Source of the DNA: a virus
Direction: 5' to 3' (one strand)
Length of the DNA: 64,000 nucleotides
IMG/VR virus record: IMGVR_UViG_3300033994_001756
Span: 108,254-172,253 of that record
In this document: positions 18,685-31,000 of the stretch, piece by piece
How the letters are laid out: every line of letters begins with the position of its first letter
Position numbering within the stretch: position 1 is the first letter of the stretch
Made by a program: the position numbers and the translations under genes
Notes under the pieces: generated by a model
Seen by the model: only the letters and a program-made list of their open reading frames with translations
What the model was told of the DNA's origin: nothing
Database searches by the model: none

Positions 18685-21135
18685 ATGTCAATTAATCCTA
18701 CATTACAAAATTCTGCATTCCTTGGTAATAATGATTTCACTTGGTGGTTAGGCACTGTAGAAAATCCAGATGATCGAGATGCGAAACTAGGTAGAGTTCG
18801 TGTAAAAATTCTTGGCTTTCATGATCCATTTGAGAAGCCAGAGAATTTACCTTGGGCACTCGTTCTTCAACCAACTACTAATGCTGCAGTAAGTGGTATT
18901 GGAAATGCAGCTAATGCAGGATTAAAAGCAGGTAGTTTTGTGATGGGATTTTTCCTAGACTATCCTGACTGCCAACAGCCCGTAGTAATGGGCTCATTCT
19001 ATAGTCAAATCAGACCAATTTTTGGAGACCCAAATACTCCTGCTACTGCTAATACTCCTGGAATTGCAAATACAGTAACTTCAAAAGAATCCAAAACAGG
19101 TCAGCCACAAGATGCCGAGAGAACTAATGATGCAGGTGGACTAGCATCTGATTCCGTTGCAGCTGCTTCTCTTCCTGCATCTCCATCTAATCCATCTGGA
19201 AATGTTGGAGCCACATCTATTGCAGATGGAAAAGATGGCCCTGCAAATACACTTGTAGAAGATATTAAAAGATGTATTGAAGGACTTGGTAATATATTTA
19301 AAACTGGAGTTATATATAATCCAAATGCAACTAATCCAAAATTAACTAGAGATTTATCTATCGAAGAAAATTATATTACAATTAGTAGTGTAGATGCGTT
19401 TCCTCCAATTGGAGTAATTCAAATAGGAAATGAAAAGATTGGATATAATGGAAAGAATGAAAAGTCTTTAGTCAATGTAAAAAGAGGACTACAAGGAACA
19501 ACACCAATTGCACATTCTTCAGGTGCATCTATTAGATATATTAAGAAGACTGATACTCCAATTGAAATCTATGGTAAGTTTACAAATAAAGTTGTAGATT
19601 TAAAAAGTGCCGTAGATAGATGTATTCAAGTAATTAGAAATTTAGTTTGGTATATTGTCAACAAAGTTAAGTCTTGGTTGATGGCGGAAGTTACCAGAAT
19701 TTTAAATGATATTGGGCTAGGAGCAAGTAGCCCCATTCCATATTTTGTAAAAACTCTTACTGAAGTTGTTGTTCAAGTTCTGAAAACTATTTCATGTACA
19801 ATTGATGAAGCATTAGTTGATGCATTGATGAGTGGAATTGAAGGGTTTATTAAAGATTTTGTTGAGAATATGGCTAATGATTTGTTGGAAATGGCAGATA
19901 ATTATATTCAATTTGCAGAGAATTGTATTAATGATATATTTGGATCTATCTTTGAACTCATAGCAGTCGGAACTGAAATTGCAAGTGCTATTCAAGGAAT
20001 TATATCTTTGATTCAAAGTGTTGGGAAAATAGGTGAGATGGGTGCATTGTTTGATGACAAGGGATTCGTAAATGCAAATATGTTAAGTAACATAGGAAAT
20101 ATAGTTGGATTTATTTTAAATTTACTTGGCATTGGATGTAACAGAACTACTGATTCCCCACTGCAAATTGATTGGAATGAATGTGCATTAACTGGAAACA
20201 ACTGCAATCCATTTAATTTTAGAGTTACTAATAATATTGCAGGTAAATGGAATCCAGAATATTCAAAAGTTTCTGTTCAAGCTTCTGAGGCAGGTCATAT
20301 GATTATGATGGATGACACTCCATATCATAATAGACTTGTCATTGAAGCTGCTGGTAGCAGAACTGGTTTTCAAGTAGATGATGATGGGAATATTCGTGTC
20401 ACCAATAGTAATAACAAAGTTGAAATTACTTTTGGCAAACAAGAAGTTACTATTATGGGAGATGTACACATCAAGACTAAAGGTAATTATCACTTAAAGG
20501 TTGGTGGGAACTATCATCTAGAAGTAGATGGTCAGTATAATGTATTTGCAAACCGAGAAAGTAAAGTAACTTATAATGGAGAACATGAAACAATTTATAG
20601 TAATGATGCTAAGTTAAGTGCTGCGAATGGATTGGCTATTGCAGGGTCTAAAATAGGTCTTAGTGCAGGTGGACAGTTAGATATATATGCGCCAACATTT
20701 AGTACTATTTGCACAGAACAAAATCATCTATTATCTGGATCTTGGAATCTGTTTGCAATGTATGAGAATAAGTATATTGGATTAAATAAATTTTGTTTGG
20801 TTGGAGGAAATAAAATCAATCTTCGTGCAGGAACTAATACCGATATTGGAACTGGGTTATCTAATAAATTCCAGGCAACTGCAGAAAATGTATGGAAGGG
20901 CGGATTATACAATACTACTATTATGGGAGTCAATAGTCTTACTAGGTTGGGTATTAATAATGATACTACAGTTGGAGCAACATCTAAGAATAGATTGGCG
21001 GTTCAGCTGGAGGCTGTTGGTGGGCCTAATTTCTGTACAGTTGCAGCTCCAGAATCAAGAATAACAGAGGGACCAATACTAGATTTAAGTAGTTCCTTAT
21101 GCATGAGAGAAGCTCCAGTCATCTTCGATACATAA
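18685..21135 (+). CDS. gp5: baseplate hub/spike gp5 (N-terminal OB fold)
   Basis: WWLGTVE...LGRVRVKILGFH...LPWA...VMGFFLD...QQPVVMG; SEAGH...DDTP; C-terminal beta-helix repeats. Confidence 0.9.
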   Translation: MSINPTLQNSAFLGNNDFTWWLGTVENPDDRDAKLGRVRVKILGFHDPFEKPENLPWALVLQPTTNAAVSGIGNAANAGLKAGSFVMGFFLDYPDCQQPVVMGSFYSQIRPIFGDPNTPATANTPGIANTVTSKESKTGQPQDAERTNDAGGLASDSVAAASLPASPSNPSGNVGATSIADGKDGPANTLVEDIKRCIEGLGNIFKTGVIYNPNATNPKLTRDLSIEENYITISSVDAFPPIGVIQIGNEKIGYNGKNEKSLVNVKRGLQGTTPIAHSSGASIRYIKKTDTPIEIYGKFTNKVVDLKSAVDRCIQVIRNLVWYIVNKVKSWLMAEVTRILNDIGLGASSPIPYFVKTLTEVVVQVLKTISCTIDEALVDALMSGIEGFIKDFVENMANDLLEMADNYIQFAENCINDIFGSIFELIAVGTEIASAIQGIISLIQSVGKIGEMGALFDDKGFVNANMLSNIGNIVGFILNLLGIGCNRTTDSPLQIDWNECALTGNNCNPFNFRVTNNIAGKWNPEYSKVSVQASEAGHMIMMDDTPYHNRLVIEAAGSRTGFQVDDDGNIRVTNSNNKVEITFGKQEVTIMGDVHIKTKGNYHLKVGGNYHLEVDGQYNVFANRESKVTYNGEHETIYSNDAKLSAANGLAIAGSKIGLSAGGQLDIYAPTFSTICTEQNHLLSGSWNLFAMYENKYIGLNKFCLVGGNKINLRAGTNTDIGTGLSNKFQATAENVWKGGLYNTTIMGVNSLTRLGINNDTTVGATSKNRLAVQLEAVGGPNFCTVAAPESRITEGPILDLSSSLCMREAPVIFDT

Positions 21136-21147
21136 TAGGGAGGGGGG

Positions 21148-21176
21148 TTGACAAGCCCCTGGTAGCGTGCTATACT
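21148..21176 (+). promoter_or_regulatory. sigma70-type early promoter
   Basis: TTGACA-17 nt-TATACT with extended TG. Confidence 0.88.
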
Positions 21177-21192
21177 ATGTGGGTACTGAGAG

Positions 21193-21384
21193 ATGCCTAT
21201 GAACATTCGGGATAATTCAACTCTGAATCGGGTCGAGGTTGATATGCTGTCTAGGACTATCCATTTACATGGAGACGACGGAGAGTATATGAAAGTAGAT
21301 GATTCCGATTCGGATCAATTCACAAACATGTGTACATTCATCAATGAAACTCTACCAGTGGATATGATCACATATACGTACTAA
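21193..21384 (+). CDS. hypothetical protein (63 aa)
   Basis: ORF directly behind the promoter. Confidence 0.7.
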   Translation: MPMNIRDNSTLNRVEVDMLSRTIHLHGDDGEYMKVDDSDSDQFTNMCTFINETLPVDMITYTY

Positions 21385-21451
21385 AATCAACTTTTAGTTA
21401 CTAAATACCCGAAAAAAAATCTCCCAAGATTTTTGACTTGTAGGGTTTTTT

Positions 21452-21524
21452 GCTGGTTTAGCTATCTGGTGAAAGCACCCGACTCATAATCGGATATAGG
21501 TGGGTTCGATCCCCTCAATCAGCA
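21452..21524 (+). tRNA. tRNA with CAT anticodon (elongator Met, or Ile2)
   Basis: acceptor GCTGGTT/AATCAGC, anticodon arm CCGA-CTCATAA-TCGG, T-loop TTCGATC; CCA not encoded. Confidence 0.88.
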
Positions 21525-21525
21525 C

Positions 21526-21554
21526 TTGACAATCTCCTAGCCATATGCTATGAT
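21526..21554 (+). promoter_or_regulatory. sigma70-type promoter for tRNA-Leu
   Basis: TTGACA-17 nt-TATGAT with extended TG. Confidence 0.82.
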
Positions 21555-21569
21555 TGTCTCATACATCAC

Positions 21570-21653
21570 GGGGCGGTGGTGGAAGTGGTAGACACACCAG
21601 ACTTAAAATCTGTTGGCAGTAATGCCGTGGGGGTTCAAGTCCCCCTCGCCCTA
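21570..21653 (+). tRNA. tRNA-Leu(TAA)
   Basis: acceptor GGGGCGG/TCGCCCT, anticodon loop CTTAAAA, long variable arm GGCA-GTAA-TGCC, T arm GGGGG-TTCAAGT-CCCCC. Confidence 0.93.
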
Positions 21654-21690
21654 TACTAATAAATAAGTTATCGTTAATACAAGTACAGAC

Positions 21691-22026
21691 TTGAAAAATT
21701 TAGGAAAGCATTGTGTCGCAGAACTCTATGGATGCGATCACACCATTCTCGATAATGAGAAAATTTTAAAAGAACTCATACGAGAGTCTATTGATATTGC
21801 TGGCGCAACGTTATTGAATATTTGCTCTCATAAATTTGACCCACAAGGAGTTACTATAGTAGCTTTATTATCAGAAAGCCATATTTCAATTCATACTTGG
21901 CCAGAATCTGGTAGCTCCGCATTAGATGTATTTACATGCGGAGATTCTAAACCAGATTTAGCACTTTTGCACATCATAAATTTTCTAAAGCCTACAGAAT
22001 ATAACATGAACTGTTTTGACAGGTAA
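21691..22026 (+). CDS. speD: S-adenosylmethionine decarboxylase proenzyme
   Basis: HKFDPQGVT...LSESHISIHTWPE...DVFTCG; TTG start; AATAAATA late promoter upstream. Confidence 0.93.
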   Translation: MKNLGKHCVAELYGCDHTILDNEKILKELIRESIDIAGATLLNICSHKFDPQGVTIVALLSESHISIHTWPESGSSALDVFTCGDSKPDLALLHIINFLKPTEYNMNCFDR

Positions 22027-22031
22027 ACGTG

Positions 22032-22039
22032 TATAAATA
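22032..22039 (+). promoter_or_regulatory. T4 late promoter TATAAATA
   Basis: exact consensus, 33 nt before the giant structural gene. Confidence 0.85.
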
Positions 22040-22071
22040 AATCTAGTTTTAAAGCCCCTCTAGGTAATCAT

Positions 22072-25000
22072 ATGGCTCTAACTAGAATTACATCTGGTGG
22101 TATTGCGGAAGGCGTTGTAATAAAGTTTGATCAAAATAATAGCCCAACAGCTCCAGCTATTGGATTTGAAGGTGTAGGTAATACTGGAACTGGTATTTAC
22201 AGCCCAGCAAATAATGAATTAGCTATTTCTACAGATGGTCAAACACGATTGACCTTTAAACCTGATGGTAAAATCATTGCAGGGAATGGAACTATTCTAG
22301 GTGGAACAAACCCAGACTTTGAGAATGCAGAGAATATCACTCTTTATGTAAACCAGTCTGACAAAAATGCTACCGACCTAGAAGATAATGATGGTGGTAA
22401 TTTAAATAGACCATTCAAAACTATTGAAAGAGCATTACTAGAGGCAGCAAAGAGAAGTTATAAACCAAACCCAACTGCGATTTCCGTAAGTACATTAGAA
22501 GTTGGTAAAGCATATACTATTGTAAACGCAGGCAATACTGATTTTGTTTCTATTGGTGCATCGTCTAATACTGCTGGTGTATCTTTCATTGCTACCGCAC
22601 AAGGAAATGGAACTGGTACAGTAGTTCTAAGCAATGATAAGTTTGAGGCATTTACCATTATGGTTCTGCCTGGTCAATATGAAATTGACAACAGACCTGG
22701 ATATGATATTACTACCAACCCGCTATCTGCAGGAACTGCTGTTGCAATTGATGCAGAGCCATTTAGATTTAACCCAAGAAATGGTGGCGTTATTGTACCT
22801 AGAGGTACTTCAATTGTTGGTTATGATCTCAGAAAAACTGTTATCAGACCTAAGTATGTTCCTTCACCATTTTCAATTGATGGAAGCATAACCAGTGATG
22901 GATATATTCTGTACCATACCATGTATGATGGTGCAAATATGGTTGAAAAGAATCGTGGTTATATTCAAGAGCAAACTAAATTATATCTTCAAGGAAATCA
23001 AGCTGGATATAATGGTTTAAATGATGCTCAAAAGAATCTATGTATTCGTGATATTGGCTATTTTATTGATGCTATTGTTAAAGATTTAAGGCAAGGTGGC
23101 AACGAGAATACCTTCAATAATGCAGAATATTATATTGATGGTAATGGCTACAGAACACAATTCTTGAAGTCTGGTGATAGTGATTTATCTCAAGAAGTTG
23201 CAGCTACAGTAGCCGCATTTAATCATGCGATTAGCATTATGAGATTTATTACAAAATCTTATAATGATAGTAGCATTACATATTCAGAAATTACTTCTGG
23301 CAAAACTATCAACAGAACTACATTCTCTGCAGGAAATGGATATGTTTCCGATGGAGATTGTTCTGCTGTAGTTAATGCTGTAGCAACTTTAGGTGCTATT
23401 GCTACTGGAATTCTCAACAATCCAGATGATTACACTAGAGAAGCAGTTACAGTAACTCTTGTTGGTGGCGGAACTGCAACTGTAAAGCTCAGAAAAACTC
23501 AAGGAGTATTTAATCAAACCTCAATCTTTAAGGTAACTGGTGGTTGCTACTTCTGGCAGATGACCTTCAAGGATGCTGTTGCAACATCATCAAAGCCAAT
23601 TTATAATGGAGCTTCATTTGATTCAAATGGAATTCCAACATTCAGCACTACCACTGATTCAAAATATTCTCACCATAGAGTTGTTGCATTTACATATGCG
23701 GATCAAAGAACAACTGATGGTGAACTAGATCAGTACTATAAAAAAATTGATGCATGGCAGGGAAGACCAGATACATCTCAAGTAAGACCAGAAGAATATA
23801 CTATCGTTGGTGATGGAAGTAAGAATAGCACTATTGATACTGTTAATTCTTGCTCACCATACATTTTTAACTGTTCACTACGTTCTGTCTTTGGTATGTG
23901 CGGTATGCATACTGATGGCAGTAAGGTTGCAGAAAACAGCTTCAAGTCCATGGTTGTTGCACAGTTCACTGGTATTTCTCTACAAAAAGATAGAAGTGTA
24001 TTCATTCAACCTAAAGATTTACAAGGAGATACTAACGTAACTCCATCTCCAAACACAACCACATTATATAATGATGATGATGAATCTACTACTGCAAAAC
24101 CTCCAGTATTTGCAGATCCAGACGCAGAATATAAGCCAGAATGCAGACACTTCCACATCAAAGCATCCAATGGTGGATTCATTCAGGTAGTTTCTGTGTT
24201 CGCAGTTGGATATGCTGATCAATTCCTTGCAGAAACTGGTGGTGATATGTCTATCACCAACTCCAACTCTAACTTTGGTCAGATTTCACTTCGTGCAAAA
24301 GGTTCCCAGTTTAATTCCTTTGCTCCAGCATCACAAGGTAGAATCACTGCAGTAGTTCCACCTAAAGGAATCTCACCAACTCTCAATGATGTAAGTTTCT
24401 ATAATATTAATGCTGGTCCAACTTGGGGTCCAAGTACATTCGCAACAAGTGAAGAATTAACTCCAGCAGTATTAAGTGCTCTTGCAGGTTTCACTAACTC
24501 AAAATATTTTAGTCTATATCTTGAAACTGGTGCAACTAATGAAGATAGTATTCCAGAATTAATTGTTACTAGTACAGATAAAGTTACCGGCAATAAAGTA
24601 ACAAAACGATTCCTAAGTTATGGAACTTCAAATCAATACTCACTTTTCCGTGATTATTATCAAGTTACTGGAATTTCTCCAGAATCATCTAGGTATATTA
24701 ACTTAGAATTAGAAAGTTCTACTGGTGGTGAACCTAGTAAATTTAGAGCAAAGGTAAAGATATTCGATCCAACTGATATTCCAGATGAAGATAATCCAAA
24801 AGTTAATAATGTTCCAACAACAAAGAATGCAGAAAGAGTTGGATATTTCTGGGATAATAATGGAGTATATTTAAAACTAGATTATACTGATGCAGATACT
24901 AGAAAATTCCTAACTGATTTTATCTTTTCATTCAATGAAGAAAAATCATTTGATTTTGTAACTAAATTTAATCCTGGTGATGGTTCAGCTACAACTGCAC

Positions 25001-28000
25001 TTGAAGAAGTAACTAGAAAACTTTTAAGATATAAGACTGGATTCCCATCAACTTTAACAATTAAAAAATACTTAGATACTAGAACATCTGCACCTTCAGA
25101 ACTATTATGGAAGCTTGAATATACTATTCCAAAATACTTAAGTAGTAATGCAATTCCAAAGGCACCAGAGAAAAGATTTATTATCAAAGGAACTAGAGCA
25201 GGTAATGGTGAAGATGGAATTCCATACTCAGACTATAGATTTATGGTATGGGATGTTCAAGAAGTTACTTCTTGGGAAAAAGATGTTAGAGATGGTGTAT
25301 ATTATCTAACTGTTATTAGATGTGACGTAAATAAGTTTGCTGATTCTTCCGCAAATTCACCGTCTACCATCGAAAGGAGACCTACTGGAATTGATGCTCC
25401 TGGAACTGGAACTACTACAACATCATTTAGTTCTACATTTATTGAAGAAGTTAATAACTTTGATAAAGATACTAAACTATTCACAAATATAAATTATCTA
25501 TATCCTTCTGTAAATGAAGAAGGTCCAGATTATGATACTAGAAGAGTTTGGAATTTCCCACAAGCAGATTCTCGTGTATTACTTGAAAATATTGGCCAGG
25601 GAAATAGAATTAAAGATATCTCTGTTCCAAACTTTAAGAGTTTTAGAACAACTGATTCTACTACTCCATTTAAAGATATTCCATCTTTATATTCAGTTAC
25701 TGCAGAATCTGTTCATAGATTAGTTCAAGCACTAGATCTAAGATATATCACATCTTCTAATACTATGGCCACTACAGGTGGTGGCCCAGATAACTCTGGT
25801 AGAGTATTCATTGCCCCAGTTGCACCATGGGATTCTAGAACTTCTCAGTCTGCATTGGGGTATACTTCAAGTTCAACTTCTTTTAATGTATATTCTAGTT
25901 CAATTAGATTTGGTAGAGGTCCTGCAGGATCAATAGTTACCGAAGCATCAAAAATTACAGAGTATAATAATTTTGGTGTTAACTTGGATGCTGCGGATAG
26001 AAGAATTATCGTTACTTCTCCTGGCTATGTTGTAAATTCCAATACTATACAAGCTAGTAGTGATGCCAATCAAACTGGACTGACTTATGCTCCATTATTA
26101 CCACTTTATAGACCTTCTATTCTCCGTGCATCTTCACACACTTGGGAATATATTGGTCTTGGTTCTGGTAACTATTCAACTGGCTTCCCAAATCTACAAA
26201 CAAGAGTTCTTAAAATCTATGAGCAGTTTATTGCTCAGGGCTATGAAAATTCTGGTGGATTTATTGCATCATCTGGTACAAACTCTGCTGGTGATTTCTA
26301 TATTGGAAACCAAATCATTCAAGCTGGTGGTACTTCTACAGTAACACTAAACGTACCAAAGCTTCGCAAATCATCAGAATCTAATTATCTAGATATTGAC
26401 AATATTGAAAACCGTATCTCAAATGCAGTTGTCAATGTTACCGATACTGCTGATGGCTCTGGGGCAAATGCAAATCAGAGTGCATTGAAAGAACTATCCA
26501 ACTTCTTCAACATTGCAAAGCTAACCGTTAGCGACAAAGCAAATATCAATAACTTGATCATTGGAGAAAGACTATTCATTGACAGAGCTGAAATTAATAA
26601 TTCTGCATTCTTCCCAGAAGGTAATACTAATGCATATGGTTTCGTAAAAGCTGCTAAACCTGAAAAAACTGGTTTTATTTCAACTGATACTAACGATAAA
26701 CTATATGTTTCTCCTAAGTACCTTGATGCATGGAGAGTAAAGAGGCAACTCATTTCTGCTCAAGCAGTTACACTTGATAACAACAGAGTTTATGTTCAAC
26801 CATATCTACAAAACTCTGTCGATTCATATAAATCAGTAAATGGAAAGAAAGTAGCTGATGCAATTACATTTACAAATACTGTAGTAAATGATGTTACTTG
26901 GTCAACTAGTTCAGTAATTAAACTAGCATTCACTGAAAGTTCTGGTATTCCTTCTTATGGTAAAATTGATATCGAAATGAATTTAATCGGTCTAACTGTT
27001 ACCGATTTTTATGTTGATGGATCGGGAAATAAAATTTACTTCAATCCTGTTATTAATATCCCACTTCAATATCAAGAAATTGATTATACTGATAATACAG
27101 CTGTAATTTCAAATTATCAAAATGGAATTGCATTACCTACATATCTAAGAAGTTATTGTGGCAATGGAACTTATACTTCCATAATTAAAAACTATCCATC
27201 TATCATTGCTACTGGTGGAAATTTTGGAACAGATGCATCTGAGGGAGATATTAAATATCTAACCGCAAAACTTGCAAGTAACTTCACCAACAATAATGAT
27301 ATTAACGTATTAAATACTTCAACATATAAAGATCTGCAGGTTACTATGACTGCAGATGAATATCAACAATGGCCAAATAGAGGTTGCATTTCATTAAGAG
27401 AAGCTCCTAAAGGAGGAACATATAAAATTGCTACATTTGCATATTACAAAACTGGACACAATAGTGGAACTAATGTTGCAACATTTAAACTAACTAAAAA
27501 CGTTGGAGAAGGAACTAATACTGCTGGAACTAGCGCCCAATTTACAACTGACTACGAAAATAATTATCCAGGAATTGCATCTAAAAATGTATTCTTCTTT
27601 GGATGTAGTACTCAGGTCTATTCTTCTGATAGATGGGCAGCCGAATCTCCATTCATTCCACCTCTAGATCCAACAAAGGGTGTAGTAGAGGAAGTTAATA
27701 TTGAAGATGCAATTCTGTACACTAGCCCACAAAAATCTCTTCCAGTTGCAGTAACTCTTGATCAAGATTGGTTTGATAAGAATTTACCTAATCCATATAG
27801 CTCTAAAGCTCTTGGTGTTAATATTCAAGAAAGAAGAGCAGTTAAGAAATTTAGCCCTCTATTCTCATTCTCCCAGGCAAAGCAGTGGGCAGAAAACTCT
27901 GGATTTACTTCTGCTGATGAACTAGAACTTCTTATGAAGCCTGGTTATTACAAACTAGATGGAACTCAGTTCCCATGCTCTGTTAAAATTAATGGTACTG

Positions 28001-31000
28001 GAGTTGCAAATAGCAGTGTATTTGCTGGTAAAGAGCGTACTCGTACATCTGCAGGTAGAATGGGTGGATACCTAGAAGATACTGTCCGAAGAGGAGATAG
28101 CATTTATCTTTATCGCTCTCCCGAGTTTTACACACAATGGGGATTTGGAAATGATGCAATGTATGTAAATGTGAGTGGAGGACTTGGTGCAAATGGCTCA
28201 TTTAATGTTAATAATGTACATTTCCTTGGATTAAATGAAGCGATTACCAAGAGTGAAATTCCTGACTCCATTTATACCTCCAATCCGGTTCTTCAAAATG
28301 CCAGAAGAGTAGTAAGAAGAGCATATTATATTAAAGGAAAAATTAAATCAACTCCATCATTGAATACCATCAACAGCACTGGAGTTGACGGTGCAATTGA
28401 AGTGATTGCAAATGTTTCTACTGGAACTGGAGTAAACGCTTTACTAGTACCAAGTGTCAATAGTATAGATATTGTAAATGATATTGCAGATAATGCAAAT
28501 TATTATGAATTAAACTCTGCTACTATTTCAAATAGTCGTTATTTAGTAGTAGTACTGAAGCAAAGTGACTTTACTGCGGAACAATTTGACCGCATGAGAA
28601 AATATATCATTCCAGGTACAACCATGTATTGGTTGGCAGAGAATGGTAAAGTAATTAAACTATCAGATGAAGCTACTGTTGAAAATCTATCCAAGTCTAC
28701 TAAAGTTCTAAGTGTCAGAAGAAAGAACGCTGGTCTCAATACAGAAGAAATTCAGGTATTAATTTCAGTATATCGCACTGCAGGTGGCAATAATGGCAAT
28801 AATGCAAGTTATACTAATCCCGTAGAAGATTTAGATCTAGAAGGATATACATCTGGAAAGAGAAAACTAGTCTTCCTCAATGAAGATGGAGCAGAATTTA
28901 CCACACTTGCATACAACTGGGCACTTGAAACTAGAAGGCAGTTCCTTCCAAAAGGATTCATGCATGAAGGTGGTTATCAGTCAGCAATTATTAAAACAGT
29001 AGTTTCTGGTGGAGCTAGTGGAACTAAAACAATTACATTAGACAATGTTGAATCAATTTTAACAGGGGACAAAATTGTAGCTTTAGATTCTGCTGGCAAC
29101 AATTTAATTCCAGTTGGAACAAGAGTAGAGACTATTGTAGGAAATGTAATTACATTAACTGATAACATTACCACAAGCATCCCTGCTCAATCATTTGTAT
29201 CATTTACACAGTTTAATATTTTTGGTGATGAGATTACTAAGTATGATATTCCTGAAATTTATGGTATCATACGTGGTTCTGAAGAAGGATACATTTCACT
29301 TATAATTGATAGAAATCCAAACTATGAAGTTGATAATTCCATTCAACCTTATCCATATGGTGCTGGTTCATTCTCAGAATATCCAACTCAATTAATTCAA
29401 TTAAAAACAACACCAACTTCAACTACAACTAATTATGGTGCAGCTGAAGATGTTGCTATTGCTACAAACAGAAAGAAAGCTCTTCCATTGAGACGAAATG
29501 GTTTCACTGAAACTAGATATCTTGTTCTTGATATTGCTCCTAGAGAATTTGGCGCTATCCCTGCAGGAAATGCATCAAATCCAAACGCAGCTACATCTAT
29601 TGATTCATTTATTGAGAATGCTGGAATTTCTAAGACTATTCTAACTCAGTTTGCAAACTATGATAACACCACTCTGCAATTTGGTGGTGGTATTGGTAAA
29701 GGATTTGTACAGCCAACTATAAACTTTAATAATATTACTATTGCTGCTAATGCTGAGTTTACAATTGGAAGTAATGATATTCAAAGTGCAATTAATACTG
29801 CATTGAATTCTGCAGGAAGCCTCACAAATACTAGAAGTTACAATGATAGGCTATTTGCATCTTTAGTATCTAATGGAGGAACTTCATCTAATGTTGCGTT
29901 GTATGCAACTATTAATGTTAGCACTGGAGCTATTACTTCAGTTATGGCGTATAGACTTAACAGTACTCAACAAACTACCATTAATGGTTCATTTAGAATT
30001 CAGATTAATGATGGTAGAGGATTTATTCTTTCTCCTACAGGAAGAACTGTATCATTATCAGATAACCAACTATCTGCTGACGACTTTAAAGTTGTTGCAA
30101 AGCAAAATCTTCTATCTGCAATTGCTACTACTCCAGATACTACAGGTGGTGGATCATCTCCATATCTAGATTATGTTAGAAAGAGAACAACTGGTCCTGG
30201 AGCAAATGTAGATGATGATGCACTAACTGCTAGAGGTAAAAAGATATTTCTATCTTGGCCATATGCATATAGAGCACTCAGAAGAAGATTCCCATCTGCA
30301 GGATTCCCTGTCAATGGTAACTATCAGAGCAGCCTAATTACCGTAAATGCAATTCCAGGATCTGGGTTCACATTAAACCTAACTGGGGTTACAATTGGTG
30401 CTCAATCTCCTGCTTCTGAAGCTGCAAATACATTTGGTGGAGGATATCGTGGAGGACTGATCAAGTGTAGAGGTTCTAAACTAACCCTAAATGGAACTAG
30501 ATTTAGAGGAAATCTATCTCTTGATTGGACTGGATTGTTTAGTGGCAATTCATCTAGAGTTGGAGGTAGCTTCATTGCTGGGCACTCTATTGAGATGTTC
30601 CAGATGGAAGATCAGAATGAATTTACTCAAATGGGTGGAGATTTACCTGCATATGCAATTGCTACTTCTCCACAAGATGAAGAATTTAGAACTCTATCAG
30701 AATATAATCCACAATCAAATATTTACCTAGAGCCATCTAAGGATCCATATGGTAGATTATCCGATGGTGATGCTAGAACATTCCCAATTAATACACTACA
30801 AGCTATTAGAAGATTTAATAAGTCTTCTCAGGGTGTAGTTCCTTGGACTGGAGAAAGTGAAATTCCTAAAGGAGGATTACTGACAAAAGTTGCATTGAAT
30901 GAAAGATATCAAACTCCTAATAAAATTTATTATGATGCTCCAAACGGAACTCCAACTGGAAATCATATTCCTACTGCATCTGGAAATAGTTCTGCTGTAT

